Source of the DNA: Orbicella franksi
Lineage: Eukaryota
Direction: 5' to 3'
DNA length: 64,000 bases
Assembly: GCA_964199315.1 (NCBI GenBank)
Contig: OZ116712.1
Location: 7,440,001 to 7,504,000 of the forward strand
The notes beneath the pieces are model-generated. The model searched no databases. It worked only from the letters and a program-made list of their open reading frames with translations, and had not been told where the DNA came from. Numbering within the stretch: position 1 is the stretch's first letter; every line of letters begins with the position of its first letter. Below, piece after piece: positions 10,208 through 23,474 of this stretch. Both the position numbers and the translations under genes were made by a program.

Positions 10208-11703
10208 ATTTGTAAGGCTTTTGTATGATAGTTTTTTGTCTTAATAATGAAAATTGGTCAAAGAATTTCTATTATATTAGAAATGAAAATGAAAAGCAGC
10301 TATTTCTTACCAAGGCTTCTGACAGAATTTCAAAGGGATCTGAACTTATCGGGATCATTAAATTAGTAACTGTAACCCTCAAAAATGTACCCATATACCA
10401 TAACTAGCTTCCTTCTTTCAGACCAAATCAAGAGATTCTTTATATCCTTTCCAAGACTAGACCTCTCAATATGTTTTTCTTTCGACAGGAAAATATTGTT
10501 TAATTGGGCGTCATCGTGTCCAACGACTTTTTTGGCTACCACGGGCCTTTGTTTACACCCGATGAAGGATTTTCCTTCGTCCACTCTCTATTTCGATAGT
10601 GTAATAATGTATATAAAATAATGATATCGCGTTTTGAGTTACATTTCTTTGCTAAACCATCTGAAAATGCATTCCTTGATTACCCACATCTTGTCAAGAT
10701 CACGAAACGTCACAAGGAAGAGAACGAACATGACGAGGCAGTAAAACAGCAGGTTGTAGGAAACACGATCCCAGCCGGGAGCAATCGCATGTATTCTCCG
10801 GAAAACAATGAAAACAGATGTTGTCCGCCATATCTTAGAAAAGAACTGTTTTAGTAGTTTCACAAGAGAAATATATCGCCGAGACTCAGTTCCTTTCCTC
10901 TTCTAAAAAAATATACAATTCCTGTGTGCATATCGGAAACCTTTTTACTTTCGCTGTTGTACCAATGAATTCATCGCTTTTCTATGTTCAAATAATGAAA
11001 CAAACCGTTTACAGGAAGCTGGGCTTTGTTCAGTTGCTAGTTGGTGAAATTTTCACCCACGAAATGGAACCTTTTTTGCATATCTCTATTTTTTTGCATT
11101 TTTTCTTCTTCATCTATGTTTTGGGCTAAGCTCCAGTGAAGATTAACAACTTTTATTTCACGGCTTTGCCTCTAAATTTAAAGATTGAAATGTTAACAGC
11201 AGGCAAACAGTTCAAATTCAGATTAAGACTAATATCATTACCGAAGACAAAAATGTCAAGGCAGCTCAGTTTACGAAACAAAACACGTCCGGTTCCTGCC
11301 TCATATAAACAAAAGCTCATTTCCCAGGGTCGAATATGAAGCAATCTACTACGGTAAACATGCAAGAAACCCCTACACCTCGTGCTATTCTGCGACAATA
11401 TTAACTCTGCTTGGATGAAACAACTGATTTGTTTACTCCTAGTAATTCCAAAAAAATGACATCTTCCGCAAAAAAATTGTTACTTTTCCGATTCAAAAAA
11501 TAAAACTGCATGATGAGTTCGCTTTATTCAGGTAAACTTGAAGTTCATTGTTAGAGTTTCTTGACAAAACTTCAAAATATGATATTTACAATATGTTTCT
11601 ATTTAGTGTAGATGCGTATCCTAAGTAACGTACGGTATACCTAAATTGTCGCATAGTATAATTTTATTGAAAAGATAATCATGTTGTCTTTGCCGTAAAA
11701 TGA

Positions 11704-12450
11704 CCAACCTCTCAGATTATACTAAATTTTGTAGCTTGCGAAGAAAAACAAACAACAAATGAGTCCAATTTTGTCGACAACTGAGAGTTACAATTTGATG
11801 AGGCTTTTACAACCTTAGAGCATGTTACAATCAATCTTCAATGTATGCCCGGTTTCAATTTAGTACTTACTAAACTGACGATACCGACATGATTTTTTAT
11901 ACAGTGAAATAAATCTAAGCGACAAAGGAGCGACTTTGATCTGTGCATTTTCTGCCAAGAACGTTTTGGCATTTAACTAGGAAGAGAACGAAAGATTACA
12001 AAATTCCTTGACAAAGCAATCGAAAATGCTATTTTAGATAGCAATCGATTTGCGCTGAATAAGGCAAATTTATGATAATTTGAGGACTGAAATCTCTAAC
12101 ATACCTGAATTCTTGAGTAATTATTGAAGTAACCTTCAGGCAAATGGGACACTAGAGTTGAACCACGGAACGGTCAGTGAAAATATTGTCGTCGTGAAAG
12201 CAGAGAGTGATTTGAACTCAAATGATATCGTTCAGTTCTTTGTTATGTGTAATGTAGTTACCGATTCAGCGGCCAAATATTTTGAGGGAGGGGCTTTATC
12301 CATTAGCGCGTACCAGTAGATTCGTATAGGATTACCAACCAACGGTGCTTTTAAAAGCCTTTTTTAATTTCAATGCGACATCTGTCAACTTAAAAGTTAC
12401 GAAATTGAAAAGCTTTGTGATATATTGTTACTCAAATTTACTGTATTCCG
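11704..12450 (+). pseudogene. Decayed coding-like remnant, beta-strand-rich, family unrecognised
   Basis: Protein-like stretches linked by stops and frameshifts: ELQFDEAFTTLEHVTINLQCMPGFNLVLTKL / HDFLYSEINLSDKGATLICAFSAKNVLAFN* / KFLDKAIENAILDSNRFALNK / RQIYDNLRTEISNIPEFLSNY*SNLQANGTLELNHGTVSENIVVVKAESDLNSNDIVQFFVMCNVVTDSAAKYFEGGALSISAYQ* (stop at 12317-12319). Codons are RNY-rich by eye. Confidence 0.35.
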
Positions 12451-13003
12451 CCGTGCTCGCGAGAAGCTGACTAGTCATGGGGAAACTTCCCGTACATCTG
12501 GTAAAGAACGGAACAGGAACTCGAGACACATTTTTTCAGATTAACGTAACAAAACTTAACTGTCACCATTGTCAGCATTTGGTGTAAAAGTTTATTTTAA
12601 TAGGATTTGTAGGTTTGCCTTCTTGTCATTGCGTTCGCTGTCCTTCTGTTAAGTTGTTCAATTTCATGGGAAAGGAGCTGGGCTGTTGTATTAAAATGAA
12701 ATTATGACATTTGAAGTGAAAACATCTGCTATAAAAACAAAACAAATTATTGTCCTAATATCACTAAAAATATAATTTGGACGCACTTTTAGCCACTCGG
12801 AAGCCATTTTGGCGCCATTAACTCTTTTGTTTTCTAAATAAAACGGCATATGTTAAAAATTTGTGTATTGGTCCGCTAATTGCTGGCGCTGTTAAGACCC
12901 TGTTCACATTCACGAAATACAGGGTTTTTAGTTCGTTGAAGGTAACGGCAATTCAATTTGCCGCTGTATTAGTAGTTATTTTACAATTGCCCAAGGCTTT
13001 GTT

Positions 13004-13261
13004 TCAAGGAAATGATGTTTGTAATGGATCGTAAGTCTCTTTGACTTGTTTATGGAAATGGAGGCAGGTGCAGTTTGTCAATGAGAGAGACAACTTCAAA
13101 GTGCCTCTGCGCCCACCCGTTATAATAACATTGAATAATTCTCCTGTGCTCTGGTTAAGTGCCCTGAGATGAGGCGTGTATGACTGACACTGCATTACCA
13201 TGACAATCGCCACAAGCAAAGCTTTCAACAGCTTCGTCGCCAAATCAGTCTTTAAGTTCAT
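13004..13261 (-). CDS. Candidate small secreted protein (85 aa, signal peptide-like N-terminus)
   Basis: MNLKTDLATKLLKALLVAIVMVMQCQS has a hydrophobic core and a C-x-S cleavage-like site. It is preceded by an 88-nt GT-AG intron in the 5' UTR (CAG|GTAAGC at 13372 to caacag| at 13285). No family recognised. Confidence 0.45.
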   Translation of the reverse strand: MNLKTDLATKLLKALLVAIVMVMQCQSYTPHLRALNQSTGELFNVIITGGRRGTLKLSLSLTNCTCLHFHKQVKETYDPLQTSFP

Positions 13262-13904
13262 CAATTTTAAGCCACTTTCTTTTGCTGTTGCGGTTTCGAT
13301 AAAGTTATTATGTAGAGGTGTGGAAATTATGTGAAATATTATGACATGGTTAGAAAAAAAAAATTAGCTTACCTGCTTTTCTTTTGTAATTATCAAGAAA
13401 CACGTACGTGTAGTTATAAACACTGATACCGTTCAGTTACTCTTCAGAACTATTTCAAATACACACCGTGGCTTGTATTGCATCTGTTTATTTCATCAAA
13501 GATATCTGTGTCAGATATTGAGCTTTAAGAGCTGAACAACCGGATTTATCTCATGAACGAGTACCACAAGTGATTGCAGAGTGAAAGGACGAAAAAGCCA
13601 TATACTTGTGATTTTATTTTCAGCTTAGACTGTCGTCTGTCTTGTACCTTATCGCTTTAGGCGGCCTTCCTTTCCCCCTGATGGTTTCAATGAATAATAG
13701 AACCGTCTGGTACAACTGCAAGGGTGGGAAATGATTCTTCCAAATTAAAAACAAAACAAAACAAAACAAAAACAAGCGTCCAACAGAATTTCATTCAAAT
13801 TTCTTGGGTTTCGCCATTTCTTTGCCAAAACCCGTGTTCATTTATCGTGTAAAGCTAATGGAAGTCTTAAGCCCCTTAAAAATATATTTGTCTCTTCGTC
13901 TGTA

Positions 13905-14105
13905 CTAAGTCTCGAATTTAGGCGTTGTACATTTCAGTGGATAACGGCGCCAGTCTTTAAGTTGCACCGTGACAACTGCACCCGCGGCAACTAAACTATT
14001 GAACACAACAATAGCTGCGCCATTACGCCAAAACATTGTTACTGCTGCTTCCGTTCTGGAAAGCTGCACGTTTGTTGTGTACGAGTTCAGATAAGCATTG
14101 AAGTG
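13905..14105 (-). CDS. Candidate coding segment (66 codons stop-to-stop), possible paralog of the 13004-13261 ORF
   Basis: HFNAYLNSYTTNVQLSRTEAAVTMFWRNGAAIVVFNSLVAAGAVVTVQLKDWRRYPLKCTTPKFET*. Strongly RNY-biased codons. Missed by the ORF track because the first ATG (14036) gives fewer than 60 aa. Confidence 0.3.
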   Translation of the reverse strand, partial: HFNAYLNSYTTNVQLSRTEAAVTMFWRNGAAIVVFNSLVAAGAVVTVQLKDWRRYPLKCTTPKFET

Positions 14106-17100
14106 CTAACATATCCTGTTACATTGTTCCAACTTCTACATTCACCCGGTTGCTGTGTTTTATTATTCTGCTATTGCGGCCAGCCAAGTCGTGACAAGTG
14201 CTGCTATAGATCGCGACTAGACTCCAGAAATCTTTTACAACTACCACCTATAATTGGAACAATTCACAGGCGGCGTAAACTCAAGCTAGTTGTGTGCAAT
14301 GTTCATCTTGCTTGGCAATACTGTAAGACTTTGTGTAGGAATATTTACGATCGGTTTTATGTGGTAGAAATACTAGAAAACTCTATCTTACGAAAACCTA
14401 GGAAGCGATAACTGGATAAAATCGCTTCGAATCAGCAGAAAAAGTGAACAGACAAAAAAAATAGCCATTCATATGAAGATGTACCTCTTCGAAAATTTAG
14501 GTTTCTCTCTCTTGTGTCTAAAAGTGTCCAATTTTCACTGTTAGAACTCGAATCAAAATAGTTCGTACATCCATGCGAAAATGTTTCGTCGTCTTTGGCA
14601 AATTAAGAGAAGATACGTACGACACTTAAGCAAGCCTGGTTCTGTGGTGATTAGTTTATTAGAACTCCAGGTTTTATCGCATTTATGGACATATGCTCAG
14701 CTTTACCGTCTAAATCGTTGTCCACGCCGGGGTTTTACGAGGTTTTCTTTTCTTCTGGAGATTTGCAATAATGGGCATTTATTAGAAGAACCTTTAAGTA
14801 GACAGGGTACTAGAACTAAGGGCGGAATCGAGTCCGGAAGCGACGCCTTGTTGACCAGGAAGGTGAATCTTTGTTTAGCTAGTTATCTCTCCGGCAGATA
14901 ACTCTGTTACTGCACATATAGCAGGGGTGTCATACAAGCCAATTGGAAATTAATTTCTGATCTTATTTATATCGCAGTTCTCAATTTAAAAGTGTTTTGT
15001 TTCTTTTAGATTCGAACCCTTTGGCTGTAAACAAACGCCTTGTCGGTTCAGGGTGAATTTTGAAGACGGGTGGTTTTATTCTAGTAATCGAGAAGTGTAT
15101 TACTAAGTCAGTCATACCCGTTGCATTTAGCTTGCGCTAAAAGCAGCACGTGGTCAAGATATTTCCTTCATTTTGTCACGATTGTACGGCGTTCCCTTTG
15201 TTCGATTTTCATTGCGAAACAAAACACAAGAGTTGGAATGTTATTAGCAAGGGTTTACACTTCGAAGTAGTATTGAATTTCTCAGCGAAAAGCTCAAAAA
15301 AATATTCTTTTGTTACTCAAATTTTTCTGTCTTTACTCAAACATTTCAGTTTATGTTTAGAGACTACCATAAATTTACTTTGTTGTTAGTTTTGACAAAT
15401 TTCTTGCTGCATCGAGACAATGTGTTATCCCAGCTGACAATTTTCCTCTTTTTAATCACCTGTCTCAGCCTTCATGAACTACTGTCATATTAACGAGAAG
15501 TTATTACATGGAGACATAAGTGATAACGTCTTAACCGTTTTCTTCGATAAACGAGCAAGAACAAGGTAAAACAAGCCAACCTTGGTAGTTTATGAAGTTT
15601 ATAATTCAATTAAATTCTTTAATAACTTCCTTAAAACGCAAAAAATTCTCGACGTTAATAAAGTTATCAAAATGGGTCAATATTCGAAAACACATTTTCT
15701 TCGAACAGGAGAAGTTGAAGCGAATTTGTTCTCACGACAAACTGATAAATGTTAAGAGTTTTTTAAGCAAGGAATGGAGACAATTTTAACGAAATTGCGA
15801 ACTTTTAATGACGCGATGCAATTTTTACTTAAAAGCAAACTTGTCATAATAAAACATGTGTACACCCTACGCAGTTTTTACTTTATTTTTCTTCTGTCAA
15901 TATCTCTATATCCATAAGCGATATATTTTTCGTTTTTGGTCGGTTTAAGTAAACGCTTAAGGCAACCGGGAAATTGAAATATCCGGAAATTTAAGGCCAT
16001 AAATCTTCTCCTGCGAGGTGAATTATTAAATGTGATAAACATCTTTAGTGTTCGGAGGCTTAACTACATGTCTGGATGACATGAGTTAACCCCTCCTGAC
16101 TTTTGTTCTGGCTTAAGTAAAAACATGATAATTACTCGTAGGAAAATACAGCAGTTTTTGTTTGGTCACTGCATTAGGAACCAACACAATTTAAAACAAT
16201 ACCTGGGTAAACTGATGTGGCGTTCAGTCGAGTGCTCGTGTAAAACACCCTGACATTAAATGGGTTCGCTTCAAAATCGTCGCCTAAGAGAGGTTACCAA
16301 AATTAACTCGTTTAACCTGACAACGTTCAAAGCGTTCCAGTGGTCCTTGACATTCAAAGACCGTCAGAAAAATCCCTTTGAACAACTTCAAACTTTAAAG
16401 GAAAATCGATTTTCGGACTGGTTTTCGGGGATGCAAAAGCTGCGCTTTAATGAATTTCGCGTGCATGTGGTTTTAACGCATTACGAAACAGACGCGCAAA
16501 AGATAGAAAAATCTTCAGTAAGTCATTTTTAGGCGCCTAAAAGACGCCTTACCTTCTGGAGAAAGCACCCGAAAGAAAGATATTCGAACTATCTTTCGAA
16601 TGAGGTAGACAATGTGTATTTTAAGTGGAGTGGTTGCTTTGAAAGCCGTCCAAAAATAATTTATAATGTATTTCTTTTCACAAAAGGTTGCAATTGAGTT
16701 TTAAATTTAATCTTTCTTGTGTACGGAGAAATCTCCATTTTATGATGCGTCTTGGGTATGTAAAGTTCAAGTTCTTTCCTAAAACAGAGTAAAACACAAG
16801 TTCAAGAAATCAAGGTTTTTTTATCACTCATTCAGCCCACATAACATGCAGTAGCTAGTAATCTTGATCACAGCCAGACATCTACATACAGTAATGCAAA
16901 TTATCAGCTTCAATATTAAATTAAAAGAACTCTTTTGGGGGCAAACTGTGTACATTTTGGTGGGATGAGATGCGACAAAACGCCTAGAATAACACTTAAC
17001 CATGCAGATATAGATCGAATCTTCAGACAGCGTTATAAATACGATGAAGTGAACGAAGAAAGAACACGCAAACTTCCAAGAAAACCTTTCACGGTAAATA

Positions 17101-17236
17101 TCAGCCTGAAACGAGAGCTAGCAATTAATACTCGCGAGGGGATTATTAGAAATAATTTTTATTTAAACAGCTTTGCTTGTTGCCCCCGAGAAATACGAAA
17201 GTTTGTTTTCTCTTTTTTTCAAAAAAAATTGCTTAC

Positions 17237-17580
17237 AAAGGAGCATTTCGAGTTGAGTACAAGCAGTGAATATGCGAGAAGAGTTTTCTCTGTTAAGACA
17301 TCAAACTCATTCACAATGTTAAGAATGCCTGGTCGAGCGAAACCTCGAGAATCGCAAGTATTTGTAAAATGGTTGAGCAAAATTAACTTTATGCAAAATG
17401 CGCCTCTTTATTGTGATCCGCAAAAGTAATTGAAATTAGTACGTCGCATTGTCAACGGCTTAAACAACCATCGCTCGCCTATTGCCTTTCGTTTTATCGC
17501 GGATTTTGTTGTTTTCTTTCCGGCCTAGCAGCTAATTCTCAACGCGAGCAGATTAAGTACACATACATCGCCGCTTTATA
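17237..17580 (-). promoter_or_regulatory. Candidate TATA/Inr promoter and first non-coding exon
   Basis: TATAAAG at 17580-17574, Inr-like TTAATCT at 17556-17550, CpG-richer sequence, then donor TTT|GTAAGC at 17236. Target gene (DMRT or the small ORFs) is unknown. Confidence 0.25.
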
Positions 17581-20500
17581 GCAGAGCACAAATCATTTTA
17601 TTACAAGAACTGTTATCTTGTTTAGAGATCCTTCATGATAACACTCACGAAAATTAATTATAAATTTTGACCACTCGACTTTTGAAAGCGACTTTACGCT
17701 AAAGAGCGAAAAGTAGCGCGCTTTATTCTGTTTGTGTTCCGATGCGCATAAAATCGTGGTAATCTAAGGCGTTGATTAGTCATATTGTGAGCTGTTTCCT
17801 TTATATTTACGCAAAACAAGCAAATTTCATGCGTAAATTTGTTGTTTAATTTTGTCACGATGGGACAACTGAAAGAATACAAACACAGTAAAGTAATGAT
17901 TTTGAACAAAGACCGCCTTTGCAGCTCAGTCCAGCCGAACCGCTTAAAATGCAAGCGATTGGAAGGTTTACGGTCAGTTTCGCACGATCGCTAAACGAAA
18001 TCGCAAGTTGCTTTTATTGATGGTGGCTGAGATACTTAATGGTGTGAAATATCGTCACATTTTGAATAGATAAGTTTACATTGCTTCTAGTCTTAACAGT
18101 AATATCTGAAAATGATTAATTCTCAATTGACTTTTGGCCATTTCTGCGGCTTTTAGCTCGGTTTTTATTGTCCTCTCAGCACGCAAACTTTATGCTGTCT
18201 TTTTGGGACTAAAATATACAGAAGTCACGAAATTCTGTTCTGCCGTGTTAGAAAGAACTCTTTTAAAAGTCCAAAAGTTAAATGTCAGACATGACATTTC
18301 AAATGTGTGCGATTTTAGTTTTTTTTTATGAAATGTACATGATAGAATTTTCAGGAAAACAGGATTTCGTTTATAATTGATAATTTAAAAAACTTAATCT
18401 GGCAATTATTGCAAATTATTTCTTCAGCAATTTGTAGCCGTTATTATCTCGCAAGGTCTTTGCAATTTTGTTGCGTAAAGTAAATCAACAGACTACAGGT
18501 GTACGAATAAACTATTTTCTATTCCAATTGGGTTGGAAGTGAAATAAATTTAAAATAGCTTTTCTAAAATCTTAGCTATGGTGTGCTTGGAATAAGAGCC
18601 ACTTTGATCAAGTCGCTTTTCCTGAAATTTTGAACCAAGACAACTTGAGTCGAGACTTATCCAACCCCTTCGTCAAAAGGCAATTTCTAGAAAAACTACC
18701 ATTTGCTAAATATTTATGAATGTGTAGTACTACAATTACAAAAAGTTGTACTTTGTTTTTCCCTCAAATAGGTTTGAAACTGATCAGTGGAAAGTACCTT
18801 GCTGTTCTGGTTAGAATCTACACCTTCTCTTTCTTCAACTCCCCTTGAATTGAATTAGCGACCGATGTACGTGCGTTCCGCTAAAACTTGAAATAAAAAT
18901 AATGTCATTAATTGTACTCATTGCAGATGACGATCAAGATCATGATGAATCGATTGTAAAACGTCCTCACGCGCTAAGTCACGACATGGCAGGGGATTAA
19001 TCGATTGAACAATTTTAGCTTACCTCTTTCAATAGCAGCTGCGCAGAAATCCCGCCAAATACCCAGTGAGAATAGAGATGCACACGCTAAAGGGATAAGA
19101 AAAATTGCACAGTGTTCATGTTTCGTTCACGCCGGGGCAAACGTACTGAATAGTCGATGTGTGTGGCTTTTAATACGTTCCCGCCTTATTAGACCGCTGG
19201 CTGGTTGGATGTAGTAACGTTGGCGCATTGATCTAAAACAGCGCTGTTAAGAATTCATCGTAAAGACTAATAGAGACAATAGGTATGAAAAGAGCCTTTA
19301 AAATGGCTAATCTTCGCTTGCTTGTTAATGCGTTACTTTGCTTGGCCGAGAACAGTAATGTCAACCTTAGAGCGAAATTTCATTAACTTCGGAAGCTGGA
19401 TTTCTGTAATAATTGCTTTCTTAATAACTTAAGTAAGTTGATTGTCAGAGCTGTCGCGAAAGAGACAAAGTTTACGAGCAGGTGCCAAGAAGATGACAAC
19501 TCATTCATTTCTATTCTAAATTTTACGAGTGTTTAACAAAAACGCGCGTTATCATTTTTTCATCGATCTAACACAGTTGCCTCGACGCGTGGTTTTGTTG
19601 CTACAGAATACTAGCCCTGCCTGTACCTGAATTTTATCTTCGCGGAAGTGAAGTTTGAAATTGAATTTACTGCATTCGCAGTTAAGTGCATACGGATATT
19701 TGATAGCTATTTGGCTTTTAAATATGCCCGTTTATGGCTCGGCTATTGTGTTTTTGTGTAAGTCCATTTTCGAAGTCATTCGAAACTCAGTTAAATCAGG
19801 TTAAAATGTCTGTTGTTCAGAGTGATGAAAACGTATTTTCTCCCTACGAACCCAATACATTGCCAAACAGACGGCTTATGAGAATAACGAAAATTATCAA
19901 CTAGGAGATATTGACCTGATTTATAACCATATTCTCAGTATTAGCATTAACACAAATGTCTGAAAAACGGTAAGGGGAATTTACATTTCGAGCTTAGACT
20001 AAAACAGGTTCAAATTCACCTGTCTTTGTATCTGGAAACAAAAAGACTGAAGCGTCTCAACTGAATGTATATCTCCTATTTTTCTTTGATGTGATAATTA
20101 CCTCAAATTAGCCCTCAGGGGTTTTAGAATTCGTCAAACTTGAAACTAAAACTGAGACGACAATAATTGCTCAGCACGTGGGCCAGAGCTTTCAGCTGAC
20201 ATTCGTTGTTCAGTTCTTGGAAAGTTTTCCACAGCGTTTTCGGTGTATTCGAATTTGTCTTTGGATATCAACCGCATCGACGAAACTAGCGTTCGTTTTG
20301 AAGATCTTTTGCAAATTTGGAAGCCGATTGAACAATGAGCCGGGAAATTTTTATTGATCAGTTACAGTTGAGTCTAGTCCGATAAGATAGGGGTAGAAAA
20401 TTACGTTTATAAAAAAACAATAAGTCATTTTAAAACACTACGTTCAAAAGAAGATGCTAATAATTTAAGACGATTTCACCTCTTTATCTGCTATGTTTAT

Positions 20501-23233
20501 AAAAAGCCTCTGTGCTGCTAGTATCGTTAAATATAAATTAAGACATAAATAAAGACCTGAGAGCCGACAGGCCTATATTACCACAGGCTTTGTAGAAGAA
20601 GGCGATGTGCGGTAGATATAAAAGAGAATATGTAATTAAAACTTGTAAATTAGAACCTTTTTTTCTGAATTCAAGGAAACCATATTGCCGAAGGGGTTTT
20701 AATTTTCCTACTTTGTAAACTAGAAAGCGGCATTCGCACCTTTTTAAAGACATTGTTAATACGAGTTAAACAAATGAACGATGAATGACCCAGTGTTGGA
20801 GTTTCTCGCCATACCAGTCAAACCTGAAATTTGGAAGTCGCAGAAATTATTGTAACATCAACATCTGTAAATTTGAAGTGATCTAAATATTCTCAAGTTA
20901 GGCATTGTGAAGAAAGGAGGAAAAATTGTGAAAAACGATAAATGATGACCAAGTTGAATTTAAGCATATAAAAAAATACTTCAAATCCGGAACGTTTTGT
21001 TTGGATCCGCAAATTGAAAATTATCGTTTGTTTAGTCAGTAAGAACTCTTTTAAAAATAATTTAATCCCTATGATATGATCTTCCGACAAACACATGTAA
21101 TTTGATTGGTTTCTTTACGACATTTATTTCCCTTTACATAAATTTTCTCATAATGGTTTAAACGCAAAACAGTTTTCAATTTCTTTACGATGTTCTCAGG
21201 AACGGGCTAAATAAATGAGCTTATTCTTAGCCGATATCTTGTAAATACAAAGTGTCAATGGAATAATTGCCGTATTTCATGCCATGCGTGCGACACGAGA
21301 AATGTCACAAGCGAAATTGTAAAATTGCGTTTGTTCAGCTAAGGTGTAACGAAACAAAAGGTGTAAAATTGTTTCCACACTTTAAAAATTCAACAATAAA
21401 GCCCATTTAACAAAAGCAATAAAAATTCTTCCTAACTCCGCACTTATCACTCAATAAAGTTCCTGAAGATCGCCTTTGTCGTATGGAATTGACTGTTTTC
21501 TTTTTTCTCAGTTCCTGTTCAGAATAACCTGAGTGAATCGAAAAAAAGCGAACGACTCATGGCATGAAACAATAACATGACAGAGTGCTTCGTTTGAGTT
21601 CGGTAATCTTGATGAAGATTTGGTAGTTACATTGTAAGCCCTTTACATTGTCCGACATACACAATACAGTGACCCACGTGGTCCATTCGTGGTCTAAATT
21701 AAAGCCGGATAAAGTCAATAGTTATTCTCCTTTGACTGCAATGAAATACAATGCGTTGAATTCTTCCTACTCTTAATAGCTGGTTCATCACGTAGAATGG
21801 TTCTGAATTTCGAAATAATGAGTAACATTGAGCTTTTTCATTCGTACTGGGGCTGTATTTTGCAGTAACACTAATTTCGATTTAGAAACGGTGAATTCGC
21901 TTCCCATACTGTGTTAGTTTACCACATCATTGAATATTAGTTGTTTGTTTAGAAAAAGATATTAGTGTTTATTTAGCCGCCTTGTCTGGCTCCTTGTGTA
22001 CATATTCATTTACAACTTCGGTCATGTAGCATGACGGAGAAGGGTGCAAGACGCCCTCAGCTGGATTTACTTTACGCAGATAGCTCTTCAGAACTTCACT
22101 TGGGAAACTTGAACGCTGTTCTAACCTGCATTCGGAACATCAAAGCTAAACTTCTCGTTACCTTATGCATGTTAATTATTACCTCGTTGCCTCTGAACAG
22201 GACTAAGGGAAGTTTTCAGAGTTACTAGATGTTCACAGTTTTGACCGTTTGAATTTCAAGGAGAGAAAAATTGTATCCTCTATTATAAGTCAGTAAGAAA
22301 GACGGCACATATTATCTCAAGATTCAGATTCTCCCAAGGTGAATTACACAGCTAGCTAAGCATGGTAAGGAGAACTTTCCTACTGATCCAGTAATTATAA
22401 ATCATCAGAAAAATTATGCATCGTCGAAGAGGCTCAGCCAAGCGTACGCTGTGTCACTCAAAATCCTAACTGACCGTAAAGTTGTGGAGATTGCAAGGTA
22501 CAGCCCGTTCTAGCAACTTGCGAAGAATCTGTTTTATGGGATAGGTCGATACTTGTTAAACAGTTACTCTCTCTTTAATAACAATACGGGGAGATTCAGT
22601 AGTTTTAAGTTTTATACCCAACATTTTGCTGTAGGCGCCAGATTCCGTCACAAAAACAAACTGGTACTGCCTGTAAAATGTAGTGAAACTGTCAAACAGT
22701 GTATCTTTGAAAAAAGAAAAACGACTTATAGATACGCAGGAAAAGTTGATAAGATAAAAGTAAACTGAACAGCATGTATGTACTGGTGGTGAAAACACAT
22801 CGAAAGCAGAGAAAATAAACTGTCAGGCCTAGTGCCATATTCAAGGTATCTGAAGTCATAGTTTAGTAGGAGAACGTCACCTCAATCAGTAATTGAATGA
22901 GTCTCGTATGATTTTTTAGCTATCAATAAAAATGTAAAGGGCATTTTTGTCCTCAAACTAGTTCTTTAGCCCTTTATTTTAAAGCTGCCTGCATGTGTGT
23001 CAATTTCGTGACTGCCCAAGAGGTAAATCAAAACTATTTTAGATTTGCGTGTGGACACATTGCCACAATACATCACCAGTCTGAAGTGCGTTCATGCTTT
23101 ACCACATTCTGTGGTTTGATTGTGCTGATTCTGTTTAACATAATCCAGTGGTTACAGTATTGTTTTCACACCAACTGTAACCAACCTGCTCCAGTCTTTA
23201 AATTGGTACCAGATATTGGAGAGTTGTGTTCTG

Positions 23234-23474
23234 CTTTCGTGGGTGGAAGGTTTTAGACATTAGATCAATGCCTGTCACACGCGAGAATTTCATTTAAAAG
23301 AATAATTGCTATAATATAGATTCGAATGGTTATACATTTGACTTTAACAAACTTTCGTGGGCGGAAGATTTAAGACATTAGATGAATTCCTGCCACACGC
23401 GAGAATTTCATTTAAAGGAGTAATTGATGTAATATATATAGGTTCCAATGGTTATACGTTTGACTTCAACAAAC
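23234..23474. repeat. Two-copy tandem duplication, 118-bp period
   Basis: ctttcgtggg.ggaag.ttt.agacattagat...cacacgcgagaatttcatttaaa...aacaaac starts at 23234 and at 23352. Confidence 0.9.

Noticed and set aside
10363-10863. Two minus-strand ORFs in the same frame with a TM-like stretch (YNLLFYCLVMFVLFLVTF)
   Set aside because: Separated by two stops, with equally long ORFs on the opposite strand and no family recognised. Worth one translated search but not supportable now.
16935-17429. 164-codon plus-strand ORF, the longest outside DMRT
   Set aside because: Starts at TTG, has no recognisable domain, runs through homopolymer tracts, and overlaps promoter-like sequence on the other strand; not supportable without a search.
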